Origin: Patescibacteria group bacterium
GTDB lineage: Bacteria > Patescibacteriota > Minisyncoccia > Phycocordibacterales > GCA-2747955
Assembly: GCA_048538215.1 (NCBI GenBank)
Contig: JBLYPV010000001.1
Coordinates: forward strand, 467,850 to 531,849
Length of the DNA: 64,000 nucleotides
Direction: 5' to 3'
The notes under the pieces were generated by a model. It saw only the letters and a list, made by a program, of their open reading frames with translations, did no database searches and was not told the origin of the DNA. Each line of letters starts with the position of its first letter. Positions within the stretch are counted from its first letter, which is position 1. The position numbers and the translations under genes are program-made. Shown piece by piece: positions 1-7,981 of this stretch.

Positions 1-1451
1 TTTTGATTAAGATCACCAGAATCAAAATTTGTCCCTTCTCCATCAAAAGTAATACTAAACTCCGGGTTGATATAGTCACGAGCTAGCTTTTGTGTGTCTA
101 ACACTTCCAATTCAAAATCAAACTTACCACCTTCTTGGGGTTCAATTTCTGCAAGTGATCCATAATCGCTCTGCTTCCAAGAAATGAGATTTTGAGATGA
201 TTGATAGTAGCCATACCTAGATTTGATACTCGTCTTGTCATATCCAATACCATCCAAATGCGCTGAGAGCTTCATATCCAAAATTTTACTAGCTATATTA
301 TTTTGATAACCAAGCACTACTTTTAGTTTTTGGCCTGGCTTGACCACCACATCCCCCTGTTTATCTCCATTCACATCAAGTGTGAGAGTAATCGGGGGCT
401 TGGTAAGTCTAATACTTGACTGATCGAGGGCATACACAGTACCTAAGGTGCCCTTTTGTTCACTGCTCTCTGATCCTAAAGAATAGCGAAATGTCCGCTC
501 TTCATTGTCTTGCCCACGAATGATGCCGTTGATAGTAATAGGAATTCGCTCTCCTGGCTGGAGCTCTTTTATCACATAGGTATTATGATCAATTCCTAGA
601 GGAGTAGAGGAGACAAACTCGAAGCCAAATGGATAGTCTACTGTAAAAAGCAAATTGCGAAGCACCTTACTTGCATTTGAAATAAGCTCAATTGAAAGAG
701 CCACTTTATCACCACTTTGAAAATTTATTGAGTGCTTCGCATTGATTACAACAGGGGCTGAATCAAGCTCTACTTGATATACCCGCTCTTTAAAAAAGAG
801 GATATCGCTACCAGGCACTCGGTACTGAAAGCTCACCGTAATCTCTTTGAGATCATTTTCTGAGCCAAATAAAATTGCCTTAAAGCGCTCGCTCCCACTA
901 AGCCCTGCAGTAATCTCATCAATGCTTCTTATGTCCTTTTTCATAGGAAGCCCGCCTTTTGGATCAATAGTACCTGTAGGATAATTGATAACGATATCTG
1001 ACAATACTAAGTTTACCTGATTATTATTAGTAATATATACATCAAAAACTAACTCCTCGCCGGCTGATATTGAATTTGGGCCACGCACCGAAAGCTCTAC
1101 TGCATCATAAGAAACCTCATTGACTTGCAGATAATATACTATTGCCGCCGCTCCTAATGAAAATATAAAAAATACTATTGAGATAATCAGCGCCTTGGTG
1201 AATACCGTCATGGGTGCCTTGCGCTTTGGTCGCTCACTTTCTTTCTCTTTTTTTCTACTCTCTTCTTTTGCTCCCCCCCAGCTAGTAGATATGTTCTGGT
1301 CTACTTCTTGCGCACCAAAGCCCTTGCGCTTGTAAGGCTTTATTTTTGACGTCTTAGAATAGAGCTTTTGTTGTACCCTATCCACCGATCCAAGCTCGGG
1401 AATCTTTGATTTACTCTTAAATTTATGATGGGAAGAGTCAGGCTTTGTCAT
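1..1451 (-). CDS. Partial membrane-anchored protein with probable Ig-like beta-sandwich domains; runs off the left edge
   Basis: ATG at 1451 (MTKPDSSHHKFKSK...) read by eye; hydrophobic segment near 1135-1200; absent from the ORF track, consistent with a stop outside the window. Confidence 0.65.
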   Translation of the reverse strand, partial: MTKPDSSHHKFKSKSKIPELGSVDRVQQKLYSKTSKIKPYKRKGFGAQEVDQNISTSWGGAKEESRKKEKESERPKRKAPMTVFTKALIISIVFFIFSLGAAAIVYYLQVNEVSYDAVELSVRGPNSISAGEELVFDVYITNNNQVNLVLSDIVINYPTGTIDPKGGLPMKKDIRSIDEITAGLSGSERFKAILFGSENDLKEITVSFQYRVPGSDILFFKERVYQVELDSAPVVINAKHSINFQSGDKVALSIELISNASKVLRNLLFTVDYPFGFEFVSSTPLGIDHNTYVIKELQPGERIPITINGIIRGQDNEERTFRYSLGSESSEQKGTLGTVYALDQSSIRLTKPPITLTLDVNGDKQGDVVVKPGQKLKVVLGYQNNIASKILDMKLSAHLDGIGYDKTSIKSRYGYYQSSQNLISWKQSDYGSLAEIEPQEGGKFDFELEVLDTQKLARDYINPEFSITFDGEGTNFDSGDLNQ

Positions 1452-1599
1452 AGCCCTAGTATATCGTGGCATTCTTAATTGACCAACCATTCTATACACT
1501 ATCTACCGTATCAAGGTCGGTATACCATCCCATACCAAGCTCCAAGATACTTGTATGAAAAAGCTAGCGATAAAGCTCTAAAATGCATATACTAGGGCT

Positions 1600-2547
1600 A
1601 TGCCTGAATTGCCTGAAGTACAAAATACCGTCGATGGCCTTCGTGAAACTGTGATTGGCAAAACTATTTCTGATATTTGGACAGACTACACGAGTGAGTA
1701 TTATCGAGGAAAACAATCTTATAAAGATCCAGAGTATTTTCAATGGATGCGAAGCCAATTGATAGGCAAGTCTATTCTTCAAATAGAAAGACGAGGTAAA
1801 TATATTACCCTTCTTTTGAAAGAGGATTGGATGCTTTTAGTACATATGAAAATGACTGGACACTTTATGTATGGACACTGGGAATGGAACAATCAAAAAT
1901 CACGGTGGCAGCCACCTCTTGGGTTTTGGGATTCATCTTGGAATCTCTCTCGCGAAGAAGTGATGCGGACGATGCCTTTTTCTGATCCTTATAATAATTT
2001 TATTCATCTGATGATCACTTTCGAAGATGGAAGCCAGCTTGCCTTGAGTGATATGCGTACCTTTGCACGATTCGAATTATTAAAAAAAGAAGAGGTGAAT
2101 ATTTTGCTCGACTCACTACTAGGGATTGAGCCTTTAGAGCAAAGTACTACTCTAAAGAAGTTTCAAAGTGCTATCAAGCGCAAGCCAAAAAAGAAAATCA
2201 AAAGTGCCCTTTTAGATCAATCTCTGGTGACGGGCTTTGGAAATATTTATAGCGATGAAGCACTTTTCTCTGCTCGGATACATCCCGAGCGATTGGTAGA
2301 GAGCTTGAATGAAGATGAGTGGCGAGCGCTCTACCAATCAGGTAAAAAAATTTTACGACAAGCAATCTCATCAGGTGGCGACAGTATGGGTGATTATCGA
2401 CGCGTTGATGGGACAAGTGGTAGCTATCAAGGGTTTCACCAAGTGTATCAAAAAGAAGGTAGCCCCTGCCCCCACTGTGGCACTCTGATTGAAAAAAAAC
2501 AAATCGACCAACGAATGGGCCGATACTGTGCTCGGTGTCAATTGTAA
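1600..2547 (+). CDS. mutM: Formamidopyrimidine-DNA glycosylase (Fpg/MutM)
   Basis: N-terminal MPELPEV, RRGKY, HMKMTG, H2TH motif LLDQ..VTGFGNIYSDE, C-terminal zinc finger CPHC...CARCQ. Confidence 0.97.
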   Translation: MPELPEVQNTVDGLRETVIGKTISDIWTDYTSEYYRGKQSYKDPEYFQWMRSQLIGKSILQIERRGKYITLLLKEDWMLLVHMKMTGHFMYGHWEWNNQKSRWQPPLGFWDSSWNLSREEVMRTMPFSDPYNNFIHLMITFEDGSQLALSDMRTFARFELLKKEEVNILLDSLLGIEPLEQSTTLKKFQSAIKRKPKKKIKSALLDQSLVTGFGNIYSDEALFSARIHPERLVESLNEDEWRALYQSGKKILRQAISSGGDSMGDYRRVDGTSGSYQGFHQVYQKEGSPCPHCGTLIEKKQIDQRMGRYCARCQL

Positions 2548-2577
2548 TACTTTTCTATCAATAAAATTGTTCTCGAT

Positions 2578-2811
2578 TTAATCTACTTGGATATTTCCAA
2601 AAAAAGTTTTCCCCTCTTTGCCGGGTAAGCTATGTACTTCCACAAAAATAGAATCTTTGCCCTCGGCGTGTCGCTTAATTCCACGCTCGACCCCACCAGT
2701 ACTCAGCCAAAAAAGATAGACAAAAACAAAACACAAAATCACTGTAGCAACCGGGAAGTGCCTAAACATGCCGACAAAAAGATTTTCACCATCTCCTGCT
2801 GATTCAGCCAT
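2578..2811 (-). CDS. Small hypothetical single-pass membrane protein
   Basis: 77-aa ORF with one hydrophobic helix, fills an intergenic gap. Confidence 0.45.
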   Translation of the reverse strand: MAESAGDGENLFVGMFRHFPVATVILCFVFVYLFWLSTGGVERGIKRHAEGKDSIFVEVHSLPGKEGKTFFGNIQVD

Positions 2812-2935
2812 AATGTTATCTTAGCAAATCTACTATTAAATACCTATAGAGGCGAAAGCTCAAGCTCTACTTTATTGTTGAAAAATAAAGCGTGTAACAT
2901 GTTACACATGTGTTACACAGAATTTTTTCTTTTAT

Positions 2936-2951
2936 CGTTTCTCGTGAAACA
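2936..2951. promoter_or_regulatory. parS-like site
   Basis: CGTTTCTCGTGAAACA, 2 mismatches to TGTTTCACGTGAAACA; palindrome GTGTAACATGTTACAC nearby at 2892-2907. Confidence 0.6.
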
Positions 2952-2984
2952 CCTTCAAAATAAAATTATCTTTAGAAAATAAAC

Positions 2985-3455
2985 TTAGCAATCAAGTAGC
3001 CGAAAGAGGGCAATACCACAAGCGGTAGCTACATTGAGTGATTCCTTTTGTCCTTGCATTGGAATATGGCAGATGTGGCTTGCCAAGCTAAGCCAATCAT
3101 TGCTCACGCCATCAATTTCATTACCCACTACAAAAGCTACCCGAGACGAATTATCTACTGGGCTAATCGTTTTATAATCAACCGACTGGGGAGTTTGCTC
3201 AAGGGCAATAATAGTATCGGCTTGGCTTTGCACATACCCAATCGCCTCACTTGTGGTCCCAAAATATTTCCACGCTACAAGCTCCTGAGCACCTACGGCA
3301 GATTTAGCTAGATCACTCCGCTTGCGCCCAAAGCGATCAATGGGCGAGGGGGTAATGCCCACAAGAATAATTTCATCTACTCCTACCCCTTCGGCTGTTC
3401 GAAAAATAGCACCCACATTGTGCGTCGAGCGAATGTTGTCGAGTACTATAATCAT
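2985..3455 (-). CDS. SpoU/TrmH-family RNA methyltransferase
   Basis: VLDNIRSTHNVGAIFRTA, VGNEIDGV and IPMQGQKESLNVA SPOUT motifs. Confidence 0.93.
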   Translation of the reverse strand: MIIVLDNIRSTHNVGAIFRTAEGVGVDEIILVGITPSPIDRFGRKRSDLAKSAVGAQELVAWKYFGTTSEAIGYVQSQADTIIALEQTPQSVDYKTISPVDNSSRVAFVVGNEIDGVSNDWLSLASHICHIPMQGQKESLNVATACGIALFRLLDC

Positions 3456-3570
3456 AGTATAGGATTATACACGATAGTGACTACAAACTTATAGAGGGCT
3501 ATCCATTATGCATTTTAATTACTTACCATCACACAATGTGAAATTATCAGTATCAGTTATAATATGTAGT

Positions 3571-4365
3571 ATGAAGTATATTTCCTGGAATATAAATGGC
3601 TATCGTGCTTGGGTGGAAAAAGAGGGCACGGTAGATTTTCTCCTCTCACAGAATCCCGACATCATATGCTTTCAAGAAACAAAAGCTCAGACCGAGCAGA
3701 TTGAAAAGTCAGTAGCCCAGCACTTTACAAAGTGGCCCCATCACTTTTTTAACAGTGCAGAGAAAAAAGGATATTCGGGCACCGCAATCCTCTCCAAACA
3801 TGAGCCACTTTCGGTACACTATGGTATTGATGACTTAGCGCTCGCTGATAGCGAGGGCCGAGTAATTACTCTTGAGCTTGATGAGCACTACCTGGTGACT
3901 GTATATACTCCCAATAGCAAGCCCGAGCTAGAGCGAGTCGACCTTCGACACCAAGAGTGGGATGTAAAATTTTTAAAATACTTGCAAAAGCTTGAAAAGA
4001 AAAAGCCAGTGGTAATATGTGGTGATCTTAATGTAGCCCCTACTCATATTGATCTTAAAAATGATAAAACCAATCGCACAACTGACACACGCCCTGGTAG
4101 CCCTGGTGCTACCGACAAAGAGCGCGAGGGCTTTGCCAATTATCTAAGTGCTGGCTTTATTGACACTTGGCGTTACCTACACCCAGATAAGCAAAAGTAT
4201 AGCTGGTGGAGCTATCGCTCAAATGCACGAGCCACCAACGCTGGCTGGCGGATTGATTTTTTCTTAGTATCACAATCACTCAAATCAAATATTCTAAATG
4301 CCGAGATACACGATACTATCTACGGTAGCGACCACTGTCCTATATCTTTAGAATTAAAAAACTAA
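3571..4365 (+). CDS. xth: Exodeoxyribonuclease III
   Basis: SWNING, QETK, GYSGTA, GDLNVA, WWSYR, GWRIDF, GSDHCP; start moved to MKYISWN at 3571. Confidence 0.96.
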   Translation: MKYISWNINGYRAWVEKEGTVDFLLSQNPDIICFQETKAQTEQIEKSVAQHFTKWPHHFFNSAEKKGYSGTAILSKHEPLSVHYGIDDLALADSEGRVITLELDEHYLVTVYTPNSKPELERVDLRHQEWDVKFLKYLQKLEKKKPVVICGDLNVAPTHIDLKNDKTNRTTDTRPGSPGATDKEREGFANYLSAGFIDTWRYLHPDKQKYSWWSYRSNARATNAGWRIDFFLVSQSLKSNILNAEIHDTIYGSDHCPISLELKN

Positions 4366-4408
4366 GAAGTTCATCCTTCTTAGTTTTACCTTCAAATTAG
4401 AAATAATT

Positions 4409-5062
4409 TTATCTCAATCCAAAACGGATTTTAATTTGTTCTACTATTCGACCAAAAGTATCTTTCTTTTCTGTACTAGACATATCATCTATAAGACTCT
4501 GGTCAATATGTGATATGCGATGTTTGCCTTTGTGATACATAGCTCCTCTCTTTTGCATTCGCTCTTGTCGCTCTTCTTGTATCCCTGCATCGTTTAATGC
4601 CTGCCGGGCAGTATCAATTGCATCTTGATTGCCAGATCTATGTGCCGCTTCCATCTCTACAAGTAAATAAAAATTATCTTGTGTAATGCTGGGCATCTTA
4701 TCGCTTCCTGAGATTAATCTCCACGCATCATAATCGCCATCTACTACTGCCTGATGAGCTTCAGTACGCTTAGCCATATGTCCTGCTCGTTTTTTAAACT
4801 GCTCTTCATCCATCACTCGCAATTTATTCTCGCCAGCAAATACTAGATACTCATCATAATTACCGTTGCGTGCAAGATCTCGCATTTTCTCATATAGCTC
4901 TGGAGCCATATGAGCTTTCATCCCTCGCTGATTGTTTTTGTAGTCACCTTGTGCAAGCCCTTGATGAGCTTCTGCTCCATAAGCCAAAGAAGATGCTCCT
5001 CCAAAAGCCATAATTCCTGCCAATAATCCCAAACTTATTTTGCCTCCCTTTGTGTTGTACAT
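4409..5062 (-). CDS. Secreted helical hypothetical protein, probable ECF-sigma target
   Basis: Signal-peptide-like N-terminus; last gene of the sigma/anti-sigma cluster. Confidence 0.7.
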   Translation of the reverse strand: MYNTKGGKISLGLLAGIMAFGGASSLAYGAEAHQGLAQGDYKNNQRGMKAHMAPELYEKMRDLARNGNYDEYLVFAGENKLRVMDEEQFKKRAGHMAKRTEAHQAVVDGDYDAWRLISGSDKMPSITQDNFYLLVEMEAAHRSGNQDAIDTARQALNDAGIQEERQERMQKRGAMYHKGKHRISHIDQSLIDDMSSTEKKDTFGRIVEQIKIRFGLR

Positions 5063-5115
5063 TTATTTTATTATTAAGTATGTAATGACAAAGCCCTCGA
5101 GTGCTTTGTACTTAT

Positions 5116-5145
5116 TACTACAAGTAGCACTAGGTGTTTCTTTCA
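5116..5145 (-). promoter_or_regulatory. Putative ECF sigma promoter
   Basis: TGAAAG-N17-TGTAGTA, matching the motif upstream of the sigma gene. Confidence 0.55.
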
Positions 5146-5165
5146 TTTATTGAGAAGCTCCCAAG

Positions 5166-5708
5166 CTAGCCCTCGCGCTCACTTTGAAATTTAAAATTAA
5201 TTCTCTCCATTCTGTGCTGATTAATATATCTTTGTCTGAGATTTTCTCTTCGCTCTACATCCATCTTATATAGGGGTAGTGAATCTCGAAACTTCATCTC
5301 CAAAGGTTTCGCCACCCCCACTTTAAATAGGGCTATGCCACCTGCAAAAGAAATGACGAGCACTAGGATAATTATTAGCAAATTATGGTGGCGATAAGCA
5401 CGGCGTGTATTTTTATAATTAAGCCAAGCAACAAAGGATAGCAATACTAATGCCCCCACCCAAAACCAGGGCATGGTATCAATAAAAGATTTATAATAAT
5501 AATAGTTATGGGGCATATGATTTATGCGAGGTGCGTGTTCACGTAAGGTTTGAAACAAAATCGAAGAAACAGCAAAGGCACCAAGAATGGTAGTGATTGC
5601 TGTTAAGGTATAAAACACACAATCACGAGTGATAAAGTACCAACGAGAAGTTTGTTTGATTTCTCCTGCTTTGATTTTTGTAAGAATTTGGTTTTTTAAA
5701 TTTGTCAT
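5166..5708 (-). CDS. Membrane protein, putative anti-sigma factor
   Basis: Three TM helices; directly downstream of the ECF sigma gene. Confidence 0.6.
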   Translation of the reverse strand: MTNLKNQILTKIKAGEIKQTSRWYFITRDCVFYTLTAITTILGAFAVSSILFQTLREHAPRINHMPHNYYYYKSFIDTMPWFWVGALVLLSFVAWLNYKNTRRAYRHHNLLIIILVLVISFAGGIALFKVGVAKPLEMKFRDSLPLYKMDVERRENLRQRYINQHRMERINFKFQSEREG

Positions 5709-5718
5709 AGTATTGTAT

Positions 5719-6279
5719 TTAGTTTTCTAGTAATGATAGCAATTTTTTACGGGCTCTATTTAGTCGTGTCCCCACTGTCCCAATTGGCAACTCCAGCACG
5801 ACCGATATTTCTTCGTAGGAGAGATGCTCTAAATAAAAGAGGGTGATGACTGTTTTATAGCTGTCTGATAATTGGTCGATTGCTCTTTTCATTTTTTCTT
5901 GCAAAAGAATTGCATCGATCTCTGTTTCAATTGTGCTTTCAGATACCATTTGTTGCAAAATTATCGCAGACTCTTCGTTTATTGATATACCTTCTCGATA
6001 CCGCTTATTTCGCTTCCAATCGTTGATTAGTGTGTTATGGCAAATTCTATAAATCCAGGAATTAAAAGACATTCGTGTATCAAAAGAGGCAATATTTTGA
6101 TAGGTGCGAATAAATACATCCTGTAGAATATCTACACGTTGATCCTTTGCCAGACCCGTCTTACGCTCTATGTACCTGTCTAATTTATCCTCATAACGAT
6201 CGATTAAAAACCCAAACATTTCTGGAATACGCACCACCTGAGCAGCAATTTGTTCATCAGTAGTATTATTAAAAGACAT
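5719..6279 (-). CDS. ECF (SigW-like) RNA polymerase sigma factor
   Basis: Region 2 DILQDVFIR...FNSWIYRI; region 4 LSYEEIS..LELPIGTVGTRLNRARKKL. Confidence 0.93.
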   Translation of the reverse strand: MSFNNTTDEQIAAQVVRIPEMFGFLIDRYEDKLDRYIERKTGLAKDQRVDILQDVFIRTYQNIASFDTRMSFNSWIYRICHNTLINDWKRNKRYREGISINEESAIILQQMVSESTIETEIDAILLQEKMKRAIDQLSDSYKTVITLFYLEHLSYEEISVVLELPIGTVGTRLNRARKKLLSLLEN

Positions 6280-6292
6280 ATTCTTTATATAG

Positions 6293-6321
6293 TATTACAG
6301 TTTTGGAGTGCATTTCTTTCA
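6293..6321 (-). promoter_or_regulatory. Putative autoregulatory ECF promoter
   Basis: TGAAAG-N16-TGTAATA ending 13 nt before the sigma ATG. Confidence 0.55.
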
Positions 6322-6331
6322 CTCAATAGTA

Positions 6332-6371
6332 TATGTAGTATTTAGTGTCACCTGACACTAAATACTACATA
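6332..6371. repeat. Family A palindrome, copy 1 (fully symmetric variant)
   Basis: TAT-GTAGTATTTAGTGTCA-CC-TGACACTAAATACTAC-ATA. Confidence 0.9.
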
Positions 6372-6379
6372 CTGCCAGA

Positions 6380-7918
6380 TTATCGACGGCCGACTTTATA
6401 TTTTTTTCGTATTTGTGCCAATTCGGCCTCTTCAGCTGTGTCTATTGCTTCCTTGCCCTCCCAATGCAATCTTTCTAATTCTTCGTCGGATAGCTTATTT
6501 AGTTGTGTAACATGTTTCACAAGCCAGTCATAATTGTTGTTTTCAGGCATGTGTAACGTTTCACGCATACAAGCATGCAATAACCAGCCTATTCGCTTGC
6601 CAGGTTTCATATGAAACAATTCCATTATATCATCACCCGATATCTTCAAATCTTGCACGGATACGGGGCTTCTCATCGCTTCCTCCATCATTGCTTCATA
6701 TTGACGAAGGCGATAGGGTTGTTCTTTTGGTCTGCCCATTCCTATTCTGTCACAAATACGTAGTTTAATTAAATCCCACACTCGTTCTCCACCACCGACA
6801 TTCCTTATAATCCTACGAACTGCCGATAGGCTAATTTCATCTGGATCCGAAAAAAACATATGCCAACGCACTAGTAATGTTACTCGTGAAACAAGCTCTG
6901 ATGGATAACGAAAACGTTCTAGTATTCTTTTTGTTTTTTTCGCTCCTACTACTTCGTGTCCATAAAAAGTATAATCATTTTTCTCTTTCGACCAACGGCG
7001 TGTCTCTGGCTTTGATATATCATGGAAAAGGGCAGCCAAGCGAATGTCAAGATCCCATTTTTTATCTGCCGCGTGCTCGAGAGTACGAAGTAAGTGTTCA
7101 TATACATCATAAATATGTGATCCATTTTGCTCAATACCCACAGCATCAAGTAATTCGGGGCAAATAACATCAAGAAGCTTGTGTTCTCGTAATAGCTCTA
7201 TCCCATCTCGTGGACTATCACTCATTAAAATTTTAGTAAATTCATCTCGTATACGTTCCCAAGATACATTGTGAAGTTTCATATGAAACTTTTCTACTGC
7301 CTGTGATGTTTCATGTGAAACGCTGAAGCCAAGCGTAGTAGCAAATCGCACAGCTCGAAGTAGGCGCAAGGCATCTTCATTAAATCTATCCTGGGGATCA
7401 CCTACCGTCCGAATTATCTTTGCCTGCAAATCCTGTACACCACCATATAAATCAATAAGCTTTCCACTTGCTGGATTATAGGCAAGTGCATTGATGCTAA
7501 AGTCACGCCGTTCCAAATCTTCATCCAGCGTAGTAGCAAAGCTCACCTCATCTGGTCTGCGACTATCTGAATACTTACCCTCCCTGCGGTAGGGAGTAAT
7601 TTCTACTACTTTTAATTTCTCTAGGGCTTGTATTGTTTCATATGAAACATCTTTTTGTTTAAGCTCTTCGATTTCTAATGCTATTTGGTCATTTACTACT
7701 CCTACTGTCCCATATTGATTTTCATAGAATGTGTGTTCAAATATTTTTTGTATTTCTTCTGGGGTTGCATTTGTAGTAATATCCCAATCTTCGGGAATTC
7801 GATTAAGTAATAAATCGCGAACACAGCCACCTACAATATAAGCTTCGTATCCTGCACTTTGCAATGCTTGAGTACATTCATGAATTTCTTTTGGTACTTC
7901 GAGCTCTATTTTAGTCAT
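6380..7918 (-). CDS. cca: CCA tRNA nucleotidyltransferase with HD domain
   Basis: VGGCVRD, DWDITT, RRDFSINA, EDALRLLRAVRF, ERIRDE, LFHDISKP; start placed at MTKIEL. Confidence 0.93.
   Translation of the reverse strand: MTKIELEVPKEIHECTQALQSAGYEAYIVGGCVRDLLLNRIPEDWDITTNATPEEIQKIFEHTFYENQYGTVGVVNDQIALEIEELKQKDVSYETIQALEKLKVVEITPYRREGKYSDSRRPDEVSFATTLDEDLERRDFSINALAYNPASGKLIDLYGGVQDLQAKIIRTVGDPQDRFNEDALRLLRAVRFATTLGFSVSHETSQAVEKFHMKLHNVSWERIRDEFTKILMSDSPRDGIELLREHKLLDVICPELLDAVGIEQNGSHIYDVYEHLLRTLEHAADKKWDLDIRLAALFHDISKPETRRWSKEKNDYTFYGHEVVGAKKTKRILERFRYPSELVSRVTLLVRWHMFFSDPDEISLSAVRRIIRNVGGGERVWDLIKLRICDRIGMGRPKEQPYRLRQYEAMMEEAMRSPVSVQDLKISGDDIMELFHMKPGKRIGWLLHACMRETLHMPENNNYDWLVKHVTQLNKLSDEELERLHWEGKEAIDTAEEAELAQIRKKYKVGRR
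6505..7649. promoter_or_regulatory. Cluster of parS-like sites inside cca
   Basis: 6603-6618 GGTTTCATATGAAACA; 6878-6893 TGTTACTCGTGAAACA; 7275-7290 AGTTTCATATGAAACT; 7307-7322 TGTTTCATGTGAAACG; 7634-7649 TGTTTCATATGAAACA; half-site pairs at 6505-6520 and 6551-6564. Confidence 0.75.
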
Positions 7919-7981
7919 ATAGTCTATATTATACATTATCAAAGTATTTGCGTTTGATTAATTATTGGTACAATAAGCGAT

